Shown: positions 1 to 8,364, counted from the first letter of the stretch. The stretch is 33,702 nucleotides of DNA from an uncultured Candidatus Saccharibacteria bacterium (GCA_964534095.1 CAZHPF010000001.1:1-33702); one strand, 5' to 3'. Notes: a model not told the origin generated them from the letters alone. Made by a program: numbers and translations.

Positions 1-60
1 TGCAACTAAATCAGCTGCCGCACGAGACTTAGACCGTGTTTTCCTGTGTTTTTTGACCAC
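1..60 (-). CDS. 5' end of an unidentified ORF running off the left edge (N-terminus VVKKHRKTRSKSRAAADLVA)
   Basis: AAGGAG (reverse complement of 68-73) lies 7 nt upstream of GTG at 60-58. The frame stays open for all 20 codons to the window edge. The N-terminus is very basic. Too short to identify. Confidence 0.35.
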   Translation of the reverse strand, partial: MVKKHRKTRSKSRAAADLVA

Positions 61-137
61 CCGTTATCTCCTTGATTATAGCGTATAGCCGGTATTGTAC
101 GTACCTTCCTATAAAACCACAAGCAATTTTATACTTA

Positions 138-803
138 TTAGGCAGGCCACAATGCTAGCGTCTTGGCGATTACATCAATCGCTTGATCGCGTGGGATAAC
201 TGTGTTGTCTTCAAAGTAATGATCAGCGCCGTAGAAAAAATCAATGGTTCCGGCCACAAAATACTTATCACTTATTTGTTGGATGTGTGACATGTCTTTG
301 GACATAGCAAGAGGAGCACAAATAATAATTTTGCCTACAGCAAACGTTTTTGCGAAACTCAAAAAACTATCAAGCGCGGTAGTAGCTTCAAGACAATCAA
401 TCACCAAGTATATATCACGCCCTCTGAGTAATTCTTTGCGCAGCACTTCCCTATTGCCTAGTTCACGGTTAAGTTGGGAAAAATTCTGCCTTGTCGTATC
501 GTCAATATACCCACGAAACTCTTGATAGTAATAGTCCATATAGCCATTCCCAAGGTCACTACCGGAGTTAAAAGATCCTTCTTGATTAATCGAGCCTACG
601 TGCAACCCGCCGGGTACTACTATGTCTTGGCTAAGGTAAAGATGCAATGGACAACGTAACGCCTCGGCAAGCTGAAACGCCACAAGCACTGCATCGGTTG
701 ATAGGCTAACTACTGCCGTTGTGTTGGACTGCTGAGCGGTGATAAGAGCTTGGGCTACTTGTTGGCCTGCTGCAACCCTGTTCTTGAAGTAAACGACTGC
801 CAT
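138..803 (-). CDS. Phosphoribosyltransferase-fold protein with a degenerate PRPP-binding loop (likely non-catalytic)
   Basis: 221 aa, collinear by eye with the 'putative phosphoribosyltransferase' type-I PRTase family. Matching segments are the N-terminal FKNRVAAGQQVAQAL and the C-terminal FFYGADHYFED. The core reads RGRDIYLVIDCLEATTAL where active members carry VVDDGLATGAT. A GGTGG SD-like element sits in the 9-nt gap after the upstream stop. Confidence 0.7.
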   Translation of the reverse strand: MAVVYFKNRVAAGQQVAQALITAQQSNTTAVVSLSTDAVLVAFQLAEALRCPLHLYLSQDIVVPGGLHVGSINQEGSFNSGSDLGNGYMDYYYQEFRGYIDDTTRQNFSQLNRELGNREVLRKELLRGRDIYLVIDCLEATTALDSFLSFAKTFAVGKIIICAPLAMSKDMSHIQQISDKYFVAGTIDFFYGADHYFEDNTVIPRDQAIDVIAKTLALWPA

Positions 804-812
804 ACTACCACC

Positions 813-1499
813 TTACCATACTGATTCAGTATATTTTTTGTTTTTTTCTTCTTCGCTCTGCTGATCGTAACGATCTTCGTTAAGATTATTTTGATACGTG
901 TTTTGGCGTTTAGCTTGTTGTTGGTTTTTCTCCTCATCGGGCACTGTGGTATTCTCTTCTGCTTGCTGGTCTTCTGTTTCCTCTGGACGTTGATGTTGTT
1001 CATTAATTTGCATGATAAGTAGCTCCATTTTGTTTGTTAGCGTATCAATTAACTGCTGGAACTTATCGTGATACTCCGGATCGTTTAGACATCTTTCTTC
1101 ACTTAATATATTGATTGCACGGGCATAATCGCCGACGGCATCATTGGGTTGACCCTGTTTGCGTTGGTCGGCACGCCGATCTAATACCACTGCTAGATTC
1201 CATCGAACACGACACTCACGAGAAGGGTGAGCAAGGGCAAGCGCTTGTTCAAGCCGGTCGATACTCGGCGTGAGATTATCCAGTTGTGAGTAGGCCAAGC
1301 CGGCATTTGCGAGTGGCACATCTTTGTCATACCATGCCACAATGGACTGAGCTCGCCACCACCGTTGAGCGACCTCATAATTTTTACTTTGGTAGGATAG
1401 TTGAGCTATAAGCCCGATGATAACCGGCAGTCCTACAATCAGCAAGATAATACTCCCTACGATAACGAAACTTCTCCTAAACGTTTTTTGTTCCGTCAT
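813..1499 (-). CDS. Single-pass membrane protein with TPR-like helical repeats and an acidic/Gln-rich tail (BatC-like position)
   Basis: ATG at 1499 is preferred over the track start at 1607, which would overlap the upstream gene by 64 nt. It has one TM helix (FVIVGSIILLIVGLPVIIGLIAQL). TPR-like segments follow (ANAGLAYSQLDN, IDRLEQALALA, VGDYARAINIL). The tail is rich in E, D, Q and N. Confidence 0.65.
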   Translation of the reverse strand: MTEQKTFRRSFVIVGSIILLIVGLPVIIGLIAQLSYQSKNYEVAQRWWRAQSIVAWYDKDVPLANAGLAYSQLDNLTPSIDRLEQALALAHPSRECRVRWNLAVVLDRRADQRKQGQPNDAVGDYARAINILSEERCLNDPEYHDKFQQLIDTLTNKMELLIMQINEQHQRPEETEDQQAEENTTVPDEEKNQQQAKRQNTYQNNLNEDRYDQQSEEEKNKKYTESVW

Positions 1500-1543
1500 T
1501 CGCCACAAGCGCTGCAAGTGTCGAGACAACCACAGTTGTACAC

Positions 1544-2620
1544 TCACAATTGGTTCTCCTGTTTTTTTGTTGCCACAAGGCGATTTGGCCAAAACACGCG
1601 AAGCCAAGCTGGTAGTATAATGTCACTCACGCAGAGCCAGCCAAACGCAAGAAGCGCAGGGAGTATATAGATAATGTTTTGATTAAGAGCTTGAGCTTGT
1701 TTGTTTTGAGCAGCTCGTGAACTGGATTGTTGAGCCGCTTTTTCTATAGCTGGCTCATAGGCTTGGCTGTCGCGGGTTTTGATGATTGTCCCGCCTAGCT
1801 GTGCAGCAATAGCATCCGCAAGAGACGGGTTAGGCACGGAGGTAACCGGTTTGTAGTCCTTTGCCACATATTTTGTAACTTCATCATCTCCATATAATTT
1901 ATAGGAGGGGGCGTACTCACTATTAAGATAGTCGTAGCTTATATTGAGCATTCTTGCGCCCTCAGGCTGACCGTAAAGCAAGCCCACAAAACCACCGCCA
2001 TACGTTTTAATCGCATTGGCAGAGGCAACTACTTCCTCTACTTGTTCTTGGTTATTGTAGATTTCAAAATCACTAAGCATGATTACGATACGCTGCCGAG
2101 TAGGATCGCTGCGCTGTTGGCTCTCCAAATAGGTGCCTACATCTTTGAAAACTTGGTTATAGGGGGCGACTTTATTGACTACATTAAACCTCGTGGCTGT
2201 ATATACCGTATCTATGGCCAGAGATACGTCTTCAGTCCCTGTCGTGAGGGGAAGGAATAGGCTTGTCTGATCTGAAAACGTGTAGATACCGATATTTGCC
2301 CCCGCATTCGCTTCAGCAATACTACGCATATCCTGCCGAGCGTTCTCTAGACGGGTGGTTTCGTTACCCTCCCTCCCATCGATAGCATTCATACTTTGAG
2401 TAGTGTCAACTAAGAACAGTATGTCCCTGTTGCTCACTGCGTTGCTCGTGCTGTTTGTTTTGAGTGGCAGAAGCGCAATGACAACTATAAGCAATAAGCA
2501 CGCCCAGAGTACTACTACTCGCCGCCAGAAAAAATGGCGCCACATGCCGCGCCTACGACCCGCTACAATAGACGTACCAAGCCCGCTCAGGATACCTATA
2601 AACACAACCCACCGAATCAT
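1544..2620 (-). CDS. Membrane-anchored von Willebrand factor A (VWA) domain protein (BatB-like)
   Basis: ATG at 2620 forms an ATGA overlap with the upstream stop (2617-2620 = tcat on +). It has N-terminal TM helices, a MIDAS-like LFLVDTTQSM motif and a C-terminal TM helix (IIYILPALLAFGWLCV). Confidence 0.8.
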   Translation of the reverse strand: MIRWVVFIGILSGLGTSIVAGRRRGMWRHFFWRRVVVLWACLLLIVVIALLPLKTNSTSNAVSNRDILFLVDTTQSMNAIDGREGNETTRLENARQDMRSIAEANAGANIGIYTFSDQTSLFLPLTTGTEDVSLAIDTVYTATRFNVVNKVAPYNQVFKDVGTYLESQQRSDPTRQRIVIMLSDFEIYNNQEQVEEVVASANAIKTYGGGFVGLLYGQPEGARMLNISYDYLNSEYAPSYKLYGDDEVTKYVAKDYKPVTSVPNPSLADAIAAQLGGTIIKTRDSQAYEPAIEKAAQQSSSRAAQNKQAQALNQNIIYILPALLAFGWLCVSDIILPAWLRVFWPNRLVATKKQENQL

Positions 2621-3591
2621 ACATACCTCCAGCGAAGGAACACCACTATTGTCCAAGCAAATGCTATGACCGTTGTCGTCCCAAGCACTAGGTATGGATA
2701 GTCTGCCTCGTTTTTGCCGGTCACAATAGTTGTATTGAGAATTTGAGCAAATATCTGGTCGAGTAATTGCCGAGCTGAAGCCTGGGCGTTATTTTCATCA
2801 ATTTTGAATAATTGTCCCCCACTAGCGGCCATAATTCGCTGAGGACTTGTCGCAAACTTATATTCGAGGGGTGGCTGTAGGACATAAAAATTGATGCGGT
2901 TTTTAGGGACAAGCCCGATCTTGTCAAGGTATTTCTGGCTTTCTGGATCAAAATCTCCTCCGGTTTGATCTAAGTCGCTCACCAATATAATGTTGCGCGT
3001 TTTGTAGGTTTTCAGGTCATTGAACCGCTGCACAGAGGTTAGGACTCCCTCACCCACGTCTGTCCCATAGCCCGGTATACTTCTAAATCGATAGTTAGGA
3101 TCGTTATCCTTTTCGTATACTTCTCGTAGCATATCGATTTTTTGCTGAATCGCTATCTGGTCGCGTGTTAGGGGCAAAACGGTGATAGCCCGGCTACCAA
3201 AAACCACAATACTGTAGCGATCCGTGGGGTTTTGTTTATATACTTGCTCGAGTGTATTGAGGGCTAGCGGGATGTACTCTTTCATAGAACCAGAGACGTC
3301 CAAGCATAGTACAGTATCGCGCGATTTTTGCTGGTTATAGCTGGTGAGTATTGCTTGAGGGCGAGCTGCCACCAGTAGTAAGCCAATCAGCATACCAGCC
3401 AACAGCACGCGCTCAACACGACGGAGACGAATGGCGCGACGGGAAGCTTTTTGGTAACTCGGCAGTTTTGTGAGCACGCTGCTTTCTCCTACAAACACCG
3501 GAGGAAACTTTTTATTGCGAAAACGTCGCACCAGCATAACCCCTACCGCCACCAATAACAAAAGTAACAATACGGGCCACTTTATCGACAT
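2617..3591 (-). CDS. Membrane-anchored VWA domain protein (BatA-like)
   Basis: It has N-terminal TM helices, a MIDAS DxSxS motif in VLCLDVSGSMKE and a C-terminal TM helix (LVLGTTTVIAFAWTIVVFL). It overlaps the upstream gene by 10 nt. Confidence 0.85.
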   Translation of the reverse strand: MSIKWPVLLLLLLVAVGVMLVRRFRNKKFPPVFVGESSVLTKLPSYQKASRRAIRLRRVERVLLAGMLIGLLLVAARPQAILTSYNQQKSRDTVLCLDVSGSMKEYIPLALNTLEQVYKQNPTDRYSIVVFGSRAITVLPLTRDQIAIQQKIDMLREVYEKDNDPNYRFRSIPGYGTDVGEGVLTSVQRFNDLKTYKTRNIILVSDLDQTGGDFDPESQKYLDKIGLVPKNRINFYVLQPPLEYKFATSPQRIMAASGGQLFKIDENNAQASARQLLDQIFAQILNTTIVTGKNEADYPYLVLGTTTVIAFAWTIVVFLRWRYV

Positions 3592-4067
3592 GACTCTATC
3601 ACCTCTTTTGCTTTAGTAAAAATGGTCTCTACTGCCTGCTCAGGTATAGGGTGCTTACTGTCAGAGAATTCTACAGGATAGGCACGTGCTACCAATTCAC
3701 TTAACGTTACTAATTTTCGGGCTGCTATTTCAAAATGAGCCTGGTAGCGTGTTCGATGGTTCATTACCTGGTCATACGTTTCACGCACAAGCGCGCTGGC
3801 CTGTTCTACGGCCAACGCGGCCGAAAGTTCACGGCGAAGGTAGGCGTTATAAAGATTCGACAATTGTTTTAACGCTTCGGCTAACAGCTGCGGGTCTTTG
3901 GCGGCTGCACGAGCCGTTGCTTGCCGCTGCGCGCGTAATGCGGCTTGCCGCAAAAGTTGCGCAATCGCCACTTTAGCAAGTACAAGGAAGATAATAATAG
4001 CCACGACTGCAAAGACGCGTATGGGTGTCATCCAAAAAGGCGGATACATTTCAATGCCGCTTTGCAT
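3582..4067 (-). CDS. Small single-pass membrane protein of the MoxR/VWA operon (position of DUF4381-type proteins in Bat-like operons)
   Basis: One TM helix (IRVFAVVAIIIFLVLAKVAIA) is followed by an Ala/Arg-rich helical region. ATG at 4067 overlaps the DUF58 gene by 17 nt. An alternative ATG at 4049 lies just after the DUF58 stop. No catalytic motif seen. Confidence 0.6.
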   Translation of the reverse strand: MQSGIEMYPPFWMTPIRVFAVVAIIIFLVLAKVAIAQLLRQAALRAQRQATARAAAKDPQLLAEALKQLSNLYNAYLRRELSAALAVEQASALVRETYDQVMNHRTRYQAHFEIAARKLVTLSELVARAYPVEFSDSKHPIPEQAVETIFTKAKEVIESCR

Positions 4068-4953
4068 AACGCCTCGCTTGAGTAAACATCATGCGCAACT
4101 CTTCCGGTAATTGTTCAGCCGTTTGTAGTTCGCCGCGAGCAGTTCCAGTAGAACGACATGCGTGAGCGTGAAGCTTACCTTGCTCTTCGAGATAGCTAAA
4201 CCACTCTTCGCGTAACTTACTACTCAGAGAAAGATCGCTATTAATAGGAGCTGCCGTCTCTATATCAACCACTTGCTTGCCAGGCTCAATGGCCGATAGA
4301 AAAGGCATGCTCGGTGCCAACTGTAGCCAAAATACCTGATGCTTGGCTGAAAGCTTTGTTAGTAATGGTTTGATCTCCACTGCGCTCGGTATACTGTCCG
4401 TGACAATAAAAATTGCTCCACGCTGACGAAGTCCGTGTAGTGCACTTTGCAGAAGAGTTGTCATCACAGGCGCTTTTCCTGGGAGTGTGCGGTGGATATC
4501 GCCATCAAGTGAACGTAGGAGTTTTTCTATATGGTTATTGGTGTTTGAGAACTTACTGAAACTAACCGTCCCATCTGGCTTGCCATTACAGACTGCGATA
4601 AGGTCTCGATTTTTACGCACGAACATACCTAGTGCTACAATCAGACCATAGGCAGCATCGAGCTTGTTCATGCCTGTATGGCTCTCAAGTAACATTGACG
4701 AGCTGGTGTCGGCAACGACAAGAATTCGCTGATCTCGCAGTGGAGCATACAGCTTGGTATGCACTGAGCCGGTTCTGGCCGTAGCCCTCCAGTCAATATC
4801 ACGGATACTATCACCAAAATCATATTGACGGAGACTGTCTAGTTCAACACCTCTGCCTTTGAATATTGAATCGTATGTACCGTCTAAGACGCTTACGACA
4901 CGACGCCGCGCGAATAACTTTAGACGACGAGCAACAACTTGCTGAATGGTCAT
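4051..4953 (-). CDS. DUF58 domain protein (VWA-like partner of MoxR ATPases)
   Basis: Carries the characteristic YDFGDSIRDIDWRATARTG motif, followed by a VWA-like ILVVADTSSSM. ATGA overlap with the moxR stop at 4950-4953. Confidence 0.85.
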   Translation of the reverse strand: MTIQQVVARRLKLFARRRVVSVLDGTYDSIFKGRGVELDSLRQYDFGDSIRDIDWRATARTGSVHTKLYAPLRDQRILVVADTSSSMLLESHTGMNKLDAAYGLIVALGMFVRKNRDLIAVCNGKPDGTVSFSKFSNTNNHIEKLLRSLDGDIHRTLPGKAPVMTTLLQSALHGLRQRGAIFIVTDSIPSAVEIKPLLTKLSAKHQVFWLQLAPSMPFLSAIEPGKQVVDIETAAPINSDLSLSSKLREEWFSYLEEQGKLHAHACRSTGTARGELQTAEQLPEELRMMFTQARRYAKRH

Positions 4954-6062
4954 GGCACTTGAATAACACTCCCGATTCGATCAATGATCTGTTCGACGGT
5001 TGTGTTTTCAGCTTCAGCTTCGTATGTCAGTATGATTCTATGTCGTAATACGCGAGCCAGATACGGCTTAATATGATCTGGAGTAACGTATGAGCTCTGG
5101 GTCATCAGCGCACTAGCGCGACCAGCCGCTAAAAGTGCCAAACTCGCTCGCGGGCTGGCTCCCACTTCAACAAATGGTTTTATATCGGATAGGCCGTATT
5201 CTTCTGGCTTGCGAGTCGCCGCTACTAATGAGGCGATATATCGTAAAATACGATCGTCGGCCGTAATTGTTTCGGCCGTGTGCTGTAAATGCAACAAGTC
5301 ATCAACAGTTGTATCAGTCTTAATATTAGCCAGGTCTTCAGGACGCGGTTTCACCTTGAGAATCGAGACTTCTTCGTCAATTGTCGGGTAGCTAATAACG
5401 TGCTTGAGGATAAAACGATCCAATTGAGCTTCCGGCAGAGGATACGTGCCTTCTTGTTCGATGGGATTTTGGGTCGCCATTACGATAAAGCCTGGTGGCA
5501 GATTATAGGTCTGACCGCCGATACTCACCTGGCGTTCTTGCATTGCCTCCAGTAACGCACTCTGTGTTTTAGCGCTGGTGCGGTTAATTTCGTCAACCAG
5601 TACAAATTGGTGATTAACGGGACCGAGTTGGGTTACAAACTCTTGGTTGGCCTGGTTATAGATTTGCGTTCCGATAATATCAGACGGAAGCATATCAGGC
5701 GTACATTGTACACGTACAAAGTCAGCACCAATACTCGCTGCAATAGTGTGTGCGGCGGTTGTCTTAGCAAGCCCGGGCACTCCCTCGATCAGTAAGTGAC
5801 CGCGGCCGATCAGGGTAACTAAGATACTCTCCAGAAGATCTGCCTGGCCAACGATAAGCTGTTGATACGTTTGAGCCACTCGTTGCAAGATTTGCGTAGC
5901 CTGCTGCATATCAGAAGTCGAAGCGCCCGCCGAGGCAGCCGGTGATTGAGAAAGGGTTGATGGCGTAGGAATTACGGCTTTTGGTTGCTGAGGTTGTACA
6001 ACATCATCCACTAGGTAATTCTCCCGACAAACGTAACTACCAACCTTAGCTCGAGCCGACAT
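4950..6062 (-). CDS. MoxR-family AAA+ ATPase
   Basis: Walker A is EGVPGLAKT and Walker B is VLVDEINR. PEAQLDRF and the C-terminal lid region are typical of MoxR (AAA_3). About 50 low-complexity N-terminal residues may not be translated, since an alternative ATG exists at 5909. Confidence 0.9.
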   Translation of the reverse strand: MSARAKVGSYVCRENYLVDDVVQPQQPKAVIPTPSTLSQSPAASAGASTSDMQQATQILQRVAQTYQQLIVGQADLLESILVTLIGRGHLLIEGVPGLAKTTAAHTIAASIGADFVRVQCTPDMLPSDIIGTQIYNQANQEFVTQLGPVNHQFVLVDEINRTSAKTQSALLEAMQERQVSIGGQTYNLPPGFIVMATQNPIEQEGTYPLPEAQLDRFILKHVISYPTIDEEVSILKVKPRPEDLANIKTDTTVDDLLHLQHTAETITADDRILRYIASLVAATRKPEEYGLSDIKPFVEVGASPRASLALLAAGRASALMTQSSYVTPDHIKPYLARVLRHRIILTYEAEAENTTVEQIIDRIGSVIQVP

Positions 6063-6204
6063 TTATAACAAGCGCCGGTCGTTTTCATATATTGTTTCCC
6101 CACTCCTGTTCTCCTGTCTGCTCAATGCCTTTCAAAGAGCTTATGCACAAAGTCTGACAGACAGGTTCTAGCGTGTCAATACGATAATACATTTATGTTA
6201 TACA

Positions 6205-6816
6205 ATGAGTAACACTGTGAGTAAGCATTACCAGCACAACAAAAAATATCTTGGTGATAAGCGTCTGCGTATTATCAATCGCTTCTTGTTTGTGCTCATC
6301 CTCATTATTAACGGATACGTATTGCTTGCGCCACTATGGCCGAGCGTGAGTTACCGCGTACAGGCAGCTGTTACAAAACCGTTGGCCGAAACAGATTTTG
6401 GTAACCTTGATCGAAACACTAACCATTTGGTTATCCCCCGTCTTCGGCTCGATAAGCCTATTTTTGACGACCCTGACCCCGCAGCGCTTGATAAGGGTAT
6501 TTGGCGCCGTCCCCACACTAGCACACCGGACAACGGGAGTAATACTGTGCTCAGTGGTCATCGATGGCTCTACGACAATCCTTCGAGTGCTGTTTTTTAC
6601 AATCTCGACAAGATCCAACAAGGCGACAAATTAGTGGCCGTATGGAACGAAAAAATCTACATATATACAGTAGACGATATAAAAATTGTTCCTCCCACCG
6701 CCGTCGAAGTCGAAGACCCAACCACCGAAAGTCGTCTCACGGTATACACATGTACCCCTTTATGGACCGCGACTGACCGATTAGTTATAAGTGCAAAACT
6801 GGAGAAAACCCTATGA
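6205..6816 (+). CDS. Sortase-family cysteine transpeptidase
   Basis: N-terminal TM anchor (FLFVLILIINGYVLLAPLW). The catalytic His lies in VLSGHRW, the Cys in LTVYTCTP (TLxTC-type) and the Arg in TDRLVISA. Confidence 0.8.
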   Translation: MSNTVSKHYQHNKKYLGDKRLRIINRFLFVLILIINGYVLLAPLWPSVSYRVQAAVTKPLAETDFGNLDRNTNHLVIPRLRLDKPIFDDPDPAALDKGIWRRPHTSTPDNGSNTVLSGHRWLYDNPSSAVFYNLDKIQQGDKLVAVWNEKIYIYTVDDIKIVPPTAVEVEDPTTESRLTVYTCTPLWTATDRLVISAKLEKTL

Positions 6817-6926
6817 GCGAACGAAAGAAATTCTATATCTTATTATTGCTGTTAGTAGCCAGTCTAGCGTTATTATGGTATGTCAGCAATGCTACTTCGT
6901 CGCGCTTTACGCCCTTTCAGCGTTAG
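6813..6926 (+). CDS. 37-aa single-pass membrane micro-protein (MSERKKFYILLLLLVASLALLWYVSNATSSRFTPFQR)
   Basis: Not in the ORF track because it is under 60 aa. Its ATG at 6813 forms an ATGA overlap with the sortase stop (6813-6816). It has a basic N-terminus followed by a hydrophobic helix, and a TAG stop at 6924-6926. Confidence 0.45.
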   Translation: MSERKKFYILLLLLVASLALLWYVSNATSSRFTPFQR

Positions 6927-6934
6927 CGTAATAG

Positions 6935-7324
6935 TTATTTACGAGGTGTAGTGATATGAACCGGGCTGCCGTATTTTGGCAGCACGACAGAGACAGTTTG
7001 TGTTTTTTTGAGACTCTTTAGCCCTGCCATGACCCAGTCGTCACCCGTAACTCCCACAACGGGAATCCCCAACGCCTCAGCCATAGCGTTTGCGACACTT
7101 ATCCCGATTCTCAGACCCGTGAAACTGCCCGGCCCTTCATAGACAATAATACCTTTGATTTGATCATAGTGAATATTAGCGTCTGCGAGTAGTGTTTCTA
7201 GTTTTTGATGCAGCGTTTCTGCCAATTGACGGTGGGCTTGCCATGACACACGCCGCAGTTCAGTCGCAGAATCACAAAGTACGAGTTCGGCTTCTGGTTT
7301 ATCGGTGCGCAGCCCCACAATCAT
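6935..7324 (-). CDS. tsaB: tRNA t6A biosynthesis protein TsaB, short single-domain form
   Basis: Carries EGPGSFTGLRIGISVANAMAEALGIPVVGV, typical of TsaB. It is only 129 aa. ATGA overlap with the tsaE stop at 7321-7324. Confidence 0.7.
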   Translation of the reverse strand: MIVGLRTDKPEAELVLCDSATELRRVSWQAHRQLAETLHQKLETLLADANIHYDQIKGIIVYEGPGSFTGLRIGISVANAMAEALGIPVVGVTGDDWVMAGLKSLKKTQTVSVVLPKYGSPVHITTPRK

Positions 7325-7800
7325 GATGGCTTCTCTAGTAAATAAGAGAGGCTATCCGGACACTGTGCCTCGATACGCCGTTCATATTCGCTTTCGGTCG
7401 ATAAGTGAATAATAAGCCGCTCGGCAGGTAATACATGAGCTGCCGCTTCAGCCCATTCCACCACGAGAGTTACCGTTGGGTCACCGATAGTATCGGCTAG
7501 CTCGTGTGCCATAAGTCCAGGATCTGGCAAGCGGTACAAGTCAGCGTGAACGATGTTGCGCAAGGCTCGAGCCGGTTTTTCAGGCACGTTGTATTGCTTA
7601 CTAATGGTGAACGTTGGGCTGCTAACATGGTCAATACTCCCTGTTCCCCTAACTACCCCGCGCGTCAGAGTGGTTTTACCGCTGCCAAGATCACCAACCA
7701 GCTCAATAACTTCTCCGCCTTTTAGCCGGGAACCGACGTCATGCGCCCACCGCTCTGTTTCAGCTTCGCTCCTTACTGTATACGACATTTGCACGTTCAT
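7321..7800 (-). CDS. tsaE: tRNA t6A biosynthesis ATPase TsaE
   Basis: P-loop GDLGSGKTTLTRG, plus the SPTFTI and HADLYRL motifs characteristic of TsaE/YjeE. Confidence 0.85.
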   Translation of the reverse strand: MNVQMSYTVRSEAETERWAHDVGSRLKGGEVIELVGDLGSGKTTLTRGVVRGTGSIDHVSSPTFTISKQYNVPEKPARALRNIVHADLYRLPDPGLMAHELADTIGDPTVTLVVEWAEAAAHVLPAERLIIHLSTESEYERRIEAQCPDSLSYLLEKPS

Positions 7801-7804
7801 AATT

Positions 7805-7833
7805 TTACCAGGTATTGCATAATCCGCTATACT
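7805..7833 (+). promoter_or_regulatory. Putative sigma70-type promoter placed to give a leaderless mRNA
   Basis: TTACCA (7805-7810), a 17-nt spacer, TATACT (7828-7833), then 6 nt to the ATG at 7840. No Shine-Dalgarno element lies in between. Confidence 0.4.
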
Positions 7834-7839
7834 GGTAGC

Positions 7840-8364
7840 ATGCTTAAGCTTAGTGATGCTGTTCTTGAACAGCCCATTTTATCGCTCAGGACGGGTGGGC
7901 AAATTGCCATTGCACACTCGCCTATCATCAACCCCAACAACCTCAAAATTGTTGGGTTTTATTGTCAAGAACGTGGCCGTGGCAAAGAGCCATCGGTACT
8001 GCTCGTCCAGGATATTCGTGAGTGGATACCGCAGGGCTTTGCCGTCAATGATCATGAGGTATTGTCGCTGCCCGCTGATTTGATTCGGCTCCAGCCAATT
8101 ATGGATATCAAATTTGAGCTAACCGGCAAACCCGTCTATACCAAGCATAAAAAACGCTTAGGCAAAGTGAACGACTACGCGGTTGATACCGTTAGTTTTA
8201 CTATCCAGAAGCTATACGTTGGGCAAAATATCCTCAAAAACTTAACTGGCGCAAGCTTGTCGGTTGATCGTGGTCAAATTATCGAAATTACCAATAAGCA
8301 CGTTATTATAAAAGACCCCTTACAGGGCGTACCGCAAGCTGCTCTTTCTGGTGCCAGTGCTTAG
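7840..8364 (+). CDS. Hypothetical protein, tentatively tandem PRC-barrel-like
   Basis: ATG at 7840 (MLKLSDAVLEQPILSL) is preferred, because the track start at 7741 lies inside tsaE on the other strand. The two halves look similar in style (LRTGGQIAIAHSPIINPNNLKIVGF and GKPVYTKHKKRLGKVNDYAVDT). The product call is weak. Confidence 0.55.
   Translation: MLKLSDAVLEQPILSLRTGGQIAIAHSPIINPNNLKIVGFYCQERGRGKEPSVLLVQDIREWIPQGFAVNDHEVLSLPADLIRLQPIMDIKFELTGKPVYTKHKKRLGKVNDYAVDTVSFTIQKLYVGQNILKNLTGASLSVDRGQIIEITNKHVIIKDPLQGVPQAALSGASA

Noticed and set aside
835-1000. T-rich, pyrimidine-biased stretch with T7-T8 runs that looks non-coding on the + strand.
   Set aside because: On the minus strand it encodes the Glu/Gln/Asn/Lys-rich tail of the TPR protein in an open frame. 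It is not an intergenic or regulatory tract.
6113-6165. 8-bp inverted repeat CCTGTCTG (6113-6120) / CAGACAGG (6158-6165) in the moxR-sortase divergent region. Several partial -10/-35 matches also occur there.
   Set aside because: The 37-nt loop makes a stable hairpin unlikely. None of the hexamer pairs had acceptable spacing, so I could not support a specific promoter or operator.
7741-7839. N-terminal extensions offered by the ORF track: 7741-7839, 13278-13433, 24353-24439, 1500-1607, 2621-2656, 13312-13329 and 11714-11725.
   Set aside because: Each extension overlaps the neighbouring gene or a divergent promoter region. In every case an internal ATG either forms an ATGA coupling with the upstream stop or has a properly spaced SD. 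At 13329 the 'start' is part of the SD itself.
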